32,000 nt of DNA from contig OW818675.1 in the NCBI GenBank assembly GCA_942493095.1, positions 2,550,001 through 2,582,000 on the forward strand, given 5' to 3'. The DNA comes from Candidatus Electronema halotolerans. Its GTDB lineage: Bacteria > Desulfobacterota > Desulfobulbia > Desulfobulbales > Desulfobulbaceae. The translations under genes were made by a program, and so were the position numbers. The notes below the pieces were generated by a model. The model saw only the letters and a program-made list of their open reading frames with translations. It did no database searches and was not told the origin of the DNA. This document shows, in pieces, positions 26,167 through 32,000 of the stretch; within the stretch, counting starts at the first letter, position 1; each line of letters begins with the position of its first letter.

Positions 26167-26943
26167 TCAGGCCAGCCCGTACTTGTCGGCATAGCCTCTT
26201 GGCGTGATCATTTTGTCTTGAAAGACAAAAGTGCGGCTGTTGCCAATAATTACAGTGCTCTGCATGCCGATATCCGCTTCCAGCATCCGCGCCAGATCAG
26301 TGAGGCAAACGCTTTCATGACTGCGAGTTGCCCCGGAGACGATGCCGACAGGGGTTGTCTCCGAGCGGTGCTCCAAGAGAATTTTTCTGGCCCGGACAAT
26401 CTGATTTTTGCGCCTGCCAGACTTGGGATTGTAGAGGGCAATGACAAAGTCCGCTGCTGCCGCTGCCTGCAGGCGTTTTTCAATCAGCTCCCACGGAGTC
26501 ATCAGATCAGAAAGGCTGACAGCGGCAAAATCGTGCATCAGCGGCGCGCCCAGCACTGCTGCGCAGGCATTGAGGGCGGCAATGCCGGGAATGATTTCAA
26601 TCCGGCAGGTGCTGCCCTGCTCCTGCGCCAGTTCATAGACCAGCCCGGCCATCGCATAAATGCCTGGATCACCGCCGCAAATCAGGGCCACCTTTCTGCC
26701 GCTTTCTGCCAAGGCCAAGGCGCGGCGGCAGCGGTCAATCTCCTGCATCATGGCTGAGGAGAGCACCTCCTGTTCCGGGCGGAGCAGCTCTGTGATCAGG
26801 TCAAGATAGGTGCGGTAGCCCGCGACAACCTCGGCCTGATCAATGGCAACGCGGGCGCGGGGCGTGATCAGGTCTGCCGCCCCAGGGCCGGTGCCGACCA
26901 CTGTGAGCAGACCGGCTCTGGAATTGTCTGGAGTATTCATCAA
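26167..26943 (-). CDS. cobJ: Precorrin-3B C17-methyltransferase
   Basis: LTVVGTGPGAADLITPRA, ICGGDPGIYAMAGLVYE, IIPGIAALNACAAVLGAPLMHDFAAVSLSDLMTPW, ALYNPKSGRR. Confidence 0.94.
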   Translation of the reverse strand: MMNTPDNSRAGLLTVVGTGPGAADLITPRARVAIDQAEVVAGYRTYLDLITELLRPEQEVLSSAMMQEIDRCRRALALAESGRKVALICGGDPGIYAMAGLVYELAQEQGSTCRIEIIPGIAALNACAAVLGAPLMHDFAAVSLSDLMTPWELIEKRLQAAAAADFVIALYNPKSGRRKNQIVRARKILLEHRSETTPVGIVSGATRSHESVCLTDLARMLEADIGMQSTVIIGNSRTFVFQDKMITPRGYADKYGLA

Positions 26944-26973
26944 ACTGTTTTAGAAGGCAAAAAGACTGACAGG

Positions 26974-27588
26974 TTATGCGCCAGCCTCTTTTTTCTTGTC
27001 ATAGAGGAGCAGAAAGACAAGCAGGCCGATGAACAGCCCGACATGGATGAAGAGGAGAAACACCGCCGTCTGCATGGAAGTGGCCAACTCCACAATCTTG
27101 ATTTTCAGCTTGTTGACAGCGCGAAAGTTTTCCCGATGCTTGTCCTTGTCATCTTGGCTGGGCGAATACAGGGTGTAGGAATCAGCCTCGGTTTTGTACG
27201 GCAGAGCAATACGGTGCCGCTGGTAGAAAAACTGAGCTGCCAGTTTCCTTTTGCTGACGCTGGCCCCTGTTTCCACGTATTCGGCATAAATGGGCTGCAT
27301 TGCTTTGTTCAACGCATCAGCCGTCTCCTGCTGGGCAGCATAGTTGCCTTGTGCCGCAACTGTGAGCAAGGCTGCATTGACGAACAAGATGCCGACAAGC
27401 AGCACGGCAGGCAGTTTTTTCTCCTTAATCTGCCAGAAACTGACCGGCAGCAGCACTGAGAGGATGAATACTGCGGGTAGCTGGACCGCATCCTGCTTGA
27501 AGGTTCCGGGCAGCAGCCAGCTGCCGAGCAGAAACAGTGCCCATAACAGGGCGGTGATGACAGGCATTTTGTTCATCATGATATCCAA
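26974..27588 (-). CDS. Hypothetical membrane protein, 204 aa
   Basis: Several hydrophobic helices (VITALLWALFLLGSWLLPG, QLPAVFILSVLLPVSFW, LPAVLLVGILFVNAALLTVAA, TAVFLLFIHVGLFIGLLVFLLLYDKKKE); overlaps vapC by 13 bp. Confidence 0.7.
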   Translation of the reverse strand: MDIMMNKMPVITALLWALFLLGSWLLPGTFKQDAVQLPAVFILSVLLPVSFWQIKEKKLPAVLLVGILFVNAALLTVAAQGNYAAQQETADALNKAMQPIYAEYVETGASVSKRKLAAQFFYQRHRIALPYKTEADSYTLYSPSQDDKDKHRENFRAVNKLKIKIVELATSMQTAVFLLFIHVGLFIGLLVFLLLYDKKKEAGA

Positions 27589-27977
27589 TTTGTTGTCCGC
27601 AAGCCTTCCACTCTTGCAAACTCGCGCAGATTATTGGTGACCAAGGTCAGCCCTTCACTTCGGGCATGTCCGGCAATATGCAAGTCATTGACCCCGATGG
27701 TTGTTCCTTTCCGTTCCAGATCAGCTCGAATCTCCCCATAATGAACAGCAGCTTTTCTGCCGTACTCTAGCACTTCCAGTCGGGAAACAAAATCCTCAAC
27801 CTGCTGCAAATTATGCTCTGGCTTGGCACTTTTTTCGGCTCCATGCAGAAGTTCGGCAAACGTTATCGAACTGACGCACATTTGGCCAGCATGACGATTG
27901 AAAAGTGCCAGCACAGCAATGGGGCGGCGTTTAATGACATAGATGGCGATATTGGTGTCCAGCATGTATTTCAGCAT
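27576..27977 (-). CDS. vapC: VapC-like PIN-domain toxin
   Basis: MLKYMLDTNIAIYVIKRRP, SSITFAELLHGAEKS, GVNDLHIAGHARSEGLTLVTNNLREFARVEGLRTTNW. Confidence 0.94.
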   Translation of the reverse strand: MLKYMLDTNIAIYVIKRRPIAVLALFNRHAGQMCVSSITFAELLHGAEKSAKPEHNLQQVEDFVSRLEVLEYGRKAAVHYGEIRADLERKGTTIGVNDLHIAGHARSEGLTLVTNNLREFARVEGLRTTNWIS

Positions 27978-28210
27978 CAGAACGCTTCCCGTTCCTGCTG
28001 TTCCTGACCAGCCCGCTCCCTCATGAAATCATCAGTGACCCGCTCCTCAGAGAGAAAAAAACTGTCCCAAGTATTTTCCAGCGGCGACAAAATGCGCTCT
28101 TGCCCCTGCACCCGAACAGCAACTTTTTTTACATGGTCAGGAAAACGGACTTTCGCAGGCAGGCGCACAGCCTGCGTCTGATTGTTGTTAAAAATTGAGC
28201 CAGTGTGCAT
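27977..28210 (-). CDS. vapB: VapB-like antitoxin
   Basis: MHTGSIFNNNQTQAVRLPAKVRFPD (SpoVT/AbrB-like antitoxin signature); ATG at 28210 preceded by CAGGAG; directly upstream of vapC with 1-nt overlap. Confidence 0.92.
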   Translation of the reverse strand: MHTGSIFNNNQTQAVRLPAKVRFPDHVKKVAVRVQGQERILSPLENTWDSFFLSEERVTDDFMRERAGQEQQEREAF

Positions 28211-28234
28211 AGCATTCTCCTGTGGTTCAGTTTC

Positions 28235-28259
28235 TGGTATATACGAACAGTATATACCA
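28235..28259. promoter_or_regulatory. Candidate VapB(C) operator: perfect 10-bp inverted repeat with 5-nt spacer
   Basis: TGGTATATAC-GAACA-GTATATACCA, 25-49 bp upstream of the vapB start codon. Confidence 0.7.
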
Positions 28260-28320
28260 AATCGAACACCCATGCAACCTGAACGATCTTCAACAATTCA
28301 GCAGAAGAGCGGCAAGCGCA

Positions 28321-29613
28321 TCAATCTTTCTCCAGCTCCCGTGCCATCCGCATTCCTTCTGCCACATCCACCCGCCAGAGCAATGCGCCGCCAGCTATGA
28401 ACAGGATGACTAACGAGAGAATGCCGGTGCGGGAATCGCCGGAGATGATCCCGACCAAGCCCATCAGCAGCGGCCCGATGACAGCGGCAAATTTGCCGAG
28501 CATGTTGTAGAAGCCGAAAAATTCGGCAGATTTATTATGAGGAATAATGCGGGAATACAGCGAGCGGCTCAAGGATTGGACTCCGCCTTGGATCAGGCCG
28601 ATGCCGACCGCAAGAATGTAAAATTCCCGCTGTTCGCGCATGAAATAGGCCCAGACCGTGATCAGAACATAGATGCCGATGCCGATCAGAATGCCGGTTT
28701 TGGCTCCCAATTTTTCGCCGATTTTGCCAAAAGCAATGGCGGCTGGGAAGCCGACAAACTGGGTGATCAGCAGGGCCGTCATCAGCCCTTTTGTCTCAAA
28801 GCCGATTGCCAGCCCGTAATCAACGGCCATGCGGACGATGGTGTCCAAGGCATCAATGTAGAGCCAGTAACCGAGCAGAAAGACAAAGACTATTTTTAAT
28901 CTGCGAATTTCGGCAAAGGTCTGGGCAAGCTGCTGAAAACCGTCGGTGACAGTCTTCAGACTGAGCCGCTCCTGCTGACCCTGCCGAGGTTCATTAACAA
29001 AAAGGAGGATCGGCAGGGAAAAAATGGCCCACCAGAGAGCGACCGTGATATATGACCAGCGCACGGCTTCAGCGGCATCAGCAAGGCCGAAAAACTCTGG
29101 TTTCAAGGTCATGAAAACATTGAGAGCAAAAAGAAGTCCGCCGCCCAAATAGCCGAGGGAAAAACCAAGTGCTGAGACAAAATCCACTTTTTTCGGCCCG
29201 GCAACTGAGACTAAGAGTGCGTCATAAAATACGTTGGCACCAGAAAAACCAATGGTGCCGAAAACGTACATGCAAGCGGCGGTCAGCCAGTCGCCCTTGC
29301 TGACAAAATACAGGCTGCCGGTCATCAGGATGCCGAGAAAGGCGAAAAAGCAAAGAAAGCGTTTTTTCGCGCTGCCCCGGTCAGCGATTGCGCCAAGAAT
29401 CGGTGCGGCAGCGACAATGACCAAGCTGGCAATGGAGTTGGCCGCGCCAAGCCGGAAGGTGCTTTCCACTGCCGGGCTGCCTGCGCTCCAATATTGTTTG
29501 AAAAAGACAGGAAAAAATCCGGCCATCACGGTGGTGGCAAAGGCGGAGTTGCCCCAGTCGTACATAGCCCAGGAAATGACTTTTTTGGTGTCGTGAACAG
29601 GCGGCTGTTTCAT
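28321..29613 (-). CDS. MFS transporter, UMF1 / Atg22-like family
   Basis: ISWAMYDWGNSAFATTVMAGFFPVFFKQYW; FFAFLGILMTGSLYF; GLIQGGVQSLSRSLYSRIIPHNKSAEFFGFYNMLGKFAAVIGP. Confidence 0.92.
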   Translation of the reverse strand: MKQPPVHDTKKVISWAMYDWGNSAFATTVMAGFFPVFFKQYWSAGSPAVESTFRLGAANSIASLVIVAAAPILGAIADRGSAKKRFLCFFAFLGILMTGSLYFVSKGDWLTAACMYVFGTIGFSGANVFYDALLVSVAGPKKVDFVSALGFSLGYLGGGLLFALNVFMTLKPEFFGLADAAEAVRWSYITVALWWAIFSLPILLFVNEPRQGQQERLSLKTVTDGFQQLAQTFAEIRRLKIVFVFLLGYWLYIDALDTIVRMAVDYGLAIGFETKGLMTALLITQFVGFPAAIAFGKIGEKLGAKTGILIGIGIYVLITVWAYFMREQREFYILAVGIGLIQGGVQSLSRSLYSRIIPHNKSAEFFGFYNMLGKFAAVIGPLLMGLVGIISGDSRTGILSLVILFIAGGALLWRVDVAEGMRMARELEKD

Positions 29614-29623
29614 GGCTATTTCC

Positions 29624-30976
29624 TCAAATCTCTTGATTTTTCACCAGCAATTCCACACACCGCATAAATTCCCGCCCTCGGTGCTCATAGTTGTCAAACA
29701 TGTCAAAGCTGGCGCAGGCCGGAGCGAGCAGGACAGTGTCGTCCGGCTGGGCTGCGGCAAAACTGATGCGCACAGCTTCGTCCATACTTTCGGCAAACTG
29801 ATGTTTGATTCCAGCAGCCTGCGCTGCGTCGGCCAGCTCCGGGCCAGCTTCGCCAATCAACACTGCCTGCCGGACATGCTGCTGCAAGGCTGGAACCAGC
29901 TCGCTGAAATCGCCGCCCTTGTTTCGACCACCCGCAATCAGAATCACATCTTTATGAAAGCCAGCCAAGGCGGCCTGCACTGCGCCGATATTGGTTGCCT
30001 TGGAATCATTGATGAAATGAACTTCGTTAATTTCCCCAGCAGGAGTCATCCGATGCAAAGGCGGCTGATACTCGGCCAGCCCGGCCCGGATGCCCTCAAT
30101 TGAGCAGCCAAAGGCCCGCGCCGCCAGCACTGCCGCTGCCGCATTATAAACATTGACTAAGGAACTGAGGCGGGTGCCAGCCAGCTCGTAGATTTCCGCT
30201 GCGCCGTCCGGGGCAAAGCCCGGCTCCAGCCGCACCTGCTGGCCTTCGACCTTGGCCCGGCTGCCGAGCTGCGTGCCAAAACCAAGCACTTGACCTGCGC
30301 CCGGCACGGTTCTGGCCATAACTTCAGGATCATCCATGCCGATGATGGCTGTGTCACCCGGTTTTTGCTGAGAAAAGAGATTGAGCTTGGCTGCCGCATA
30401 GTTGGTAAAGCTGCCGTGGCGGTCGATGTGGTCGGGAGAGAGATTGAGCAGCAGGCCGATCTCAGGGCGAAAACTGCCTGCTGCGTCAAGCTGAAAACTG
30501 GACAGCTCCAGCACGGCTGCTTCCGCTGCGCTTGGTTCCGTGAGAAAATCCAAAACTGGAGTGCCGATATTGCCGCCGACAAAGACCTTTTTGCCAGAAC
30601 TGCGCAAAAGCTGGCCGAGCAGACTGGTGACAGTGGTTTTGCCATTCGAGCCAGTCACAGCAAGCACTGGCACGGGAATGCGTCCGGCAGCCAAGGCCAG
30701 CTCGCCGAGCACCGGCACTCCTCGGCTGCGGGCGGCGGTCAGCACGGGCAAATCCAGCGGCACCCCTGGACTGACCACGATCAGGTCCGCAGCCGCGAAA
30801 AAAGCTGCTGTGTGGCCGCCGGTCTCCAGCTCTGCCCCGCACTGATCAAGCACAGCCTGTTCTGCCGCAAAAATCTGCGGGCGGTGTTCAGAAACCGCGA
30901 CCCGCAGCTTCTGCTGGTGCAAATAGCGCACTGCTGCCAGCCCGGATTTGCCCAGTCCGACCACAACCGCTTTCAT
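29624..30976 (-). CDS. murD: UDP-N-acetylmuramoylalanine--D-glutamate ligase
   Basis: MKAVVVGLGKSGLAA, VVSPGVPLDLP, LAVTGSNGKTTVTSLLG, VFVGGNIGTP, LNLSPDHIDRHG, HFINDSKATN, LLAPACASFDMFDNYEHRG. Start uncertain (30976, 30997 or 31039). Confidence 0.96.
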   Translation of the reverse strand: MKAVVVGLGKSGLAAVRYLHQQKLRVAVSEHRPQIFAAEQAVLDQCGAELETGGHTAAFFAAADLIVVSPGVPLDLPVLTAARSRGVPVLGELALAAGRIPVPVLAVTGSNGKTTVTSLLGQLLRSSGKKVFVGGNIGTPVLDFLTEPSAAEAAVLELSSFQLDAAGSFRPEIGLLLNLSPDHIDRHGSFTNYAAAKLNLFSQQKPGDTAIIGMDDPEVMARTVPGAGQVLGFGTQLGSRAKVEGQQVRLEPGFAPDGAAEIYELAGTRLSSLVNVYNAAAAVLAARAFGCSIEGIRAGLAEYQPPLHRMTPAGEINEVHFINDSKATNIGAVQAALAGFHKDVILIAGGRNKGGDFSELVPALQQHVRQAVLIGEAGPELADAAQAAGIKHQFAESMDEAVRISFAAAQPDDTVLLAPACASFDMFDNYEHRGREFMRCVELLVKNQEI

Positions 30977-31028
30977 GCCCGCCTGCAAGACAATCATTTC
31001 TTTTTCCGCAGAGCGGACATTCGGTCTG

Positions 31029-31394
31029 TCAATCTGCAATTGCTATATATTCCACCGGTTCATCGCCCAGCACCAAGGAATCGCTGGTTTCAGCAAGGAG
31101 CATGTTCTGGAGAAAGAGCAGGCTGTCAATGGTCATGGCCGTAAATTTCAAGGCTATGCCCTGCTCGCTGACCCTAATCACCGTCCCTTGCGCGGTTATT
31201 TCTGTATTGCCCTGCGGCTGCTTCAGCCGGATCAGACAAGTGTCTCCGGGCTTCTGGGCAACGCAGCCATTGACAAAAATGCCGCCAAGACTGAGATTGC
31301 TGACAGCGTGCGCGCTGCTCTTGGTGTCGAAATCAAGAAAGACCTCCTGCTGCATGTCCACCCGGATGAAATGACGACGGTCTCTGCTCTTCAT
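31029..31394 (-). CDS. PilZ-domain protein
   Basis: RDRRHFIRVDMQQEVFLDF...NLSLGGIFVNG (RxxxR and (D/N)xSxxG pattern). ORF track start at 31451; MKSRDRR at 31394 plausible. Confidence 0.82.
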   Translation of the reverse strand: MKSRDRRHFIRVDMQQEVFLDFDTKSSAHAVSNLSLGGIFVNGCVAQKPGDTCLIRLKQPQGNTEITAQGTVIRVSEQGIALKFTAMTIDSLLFLQNMLLAETSDSLVLGDEPVEYIAIAD

Positions 31395-31564
31395 GCGCGG
31401 CTCCTGAAAGAAAAAACGTTGAAACAGGGTACTGGCCTTGCGTGAATCCATGCAACAATAATGCCGTTCCCCTGAAAAGGAAGGGCCGTTCTATCATCAT
31501 CAATTTTTTCATCCCATTCTGAGCAGCACCCATTGACAGGCTCAAGGTGCTGGCAGGGACAGGG

Positions 31565-31599
31565 TGACAAATTTTGTCAGCAACTGACAAAATTTGTCA
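31565..31599. repeat. 15-bp inverted repeat with 5-nt loop, each arm itself nearly palindromic
   Basis: TGACAAATTTTGTCA-GCAAC-TGACAAAATTTGTCA; the second arm is the exact reverse complement of the first. Confidence 0.85.
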
Positions 31600-31622
31600 A
31601 GAAAAATCTTTCAGGAGGTATG

Positions 31623-31657
31623 AAAAAACGCCTGCTCTGTTGCAGAGATCAGGCGTT
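31623..31657 (-). terminator. Rho-independent terminator of the FKBP-type PPIase gene
   Basis: Minus strand AACGCCTG-AT-CTCTG-CAA-CAGAG-CAGGCGTT followed by TTTT, just 3' of the stop at 31688. Confidence 0.85.
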
Positions 31658-31687
31658 GGCAGGCAAAGCAACTGAGGAAAGACTGCT

Positions 31688-32000
31688 CTACTCTTCCTCG
31701 CTCTTGATGACCTCCAGCAGCTCCACTTTAAATTTGAGCAGAGATCCCGGCGGAATCACTGGCGGCGCGCCTTGATCGCCATAGCCTAATTCCGGCGGCA
31801 CATACAGCTCAAAAACACTGCCCGGAGTCATGAGCTGAAGCCCCTCAATCCAGCCGGGAATCACCTGCTTGACCTGGAACCGGGCCGGTTCATTGCGGCT
31901 GTACGAGCTGTCAAACTCAGTGCCGTCCAAGAGCGTGCCCTTGTACTGAACCTTGACCGTGTCGCGGACTGTCGGCTTGTCGCCCTTGCCCTCTTTGATG
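31688..32000 (-). CDS. FKBP-type peptidyl-prolyl cis-trans isomerase (5' end beyond the window)
   Basis: DTVKVQYKGTLLDGTEFDSSYSRNEPARFQVKQVIPGWIEGLQLMTPGSVFELYVPPELGYGDQGAPPVIPPGSLLKFKVELLEV. Confidence 0.94.
   Translation of the reverse strand, partial: IKEGKGDKPTVRDTVKVQYKGTLLDGTEFDSSYSRNEPARFQVKQVIPGWIEGLQLMTPGSVFELYVPPELGYGDQGAPPVIPPGSLLKFKVELLEVIKSEEE

Noticed and set aside
31620-31775. Plus-strand ORF (MKKRLLCCRDQALAGK...) with AGGAGG upstream
   Set aside because: Only 1 nt separates the AGGAGG from the ATG, and the region is explained by the FKBP gene's terminator and 3' end on the minus strand.

Overview
Gram-negative bacterial chromosomal segment, moderately GC-rich; gene content suggests a sulfate-reducer / Desulfobulbaceae-like proteobacterium (inference only, not tested). 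Housekeeping genes: GGDEF/EAL regulator, RND exporter, Trm112-like protein, lone LivH permease, NAD(P)HX epimerase/dehydratase, large single-chain PurL, MoeA, MutM, CobJ, UMF1-type MFS transporter, MurD, PilZ protein, FKBP isomerase. Two accessory modules stand out. (1) 6272-10442: a CHAT protease-like domain + STAND/NB-ARC-like NTPase + TPR protein with eight nearly identical 120-bp TPR units, overlapping by 14 bp a 131-aa ORF of unknown function. It is preceded by a region flanked by imperfect inverted repeats (MITE-like or regulatory). (2) 19566-25269: a tightly packed operon of a solute-binding-domain + VWA lipoprotein, an XpaC-like membrane protein, a second solute-binding-like protein, a TelA-family protein, and MoeA. 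Smaller observations: a VapBC pair with a perfect 10-bp palindromic operator candidate, a signal-peptide mini-ORF missing from the ORF track, an outer-membrane barrel with 14-residue coiled-coil repeats, and several terminators or inverted repeats.
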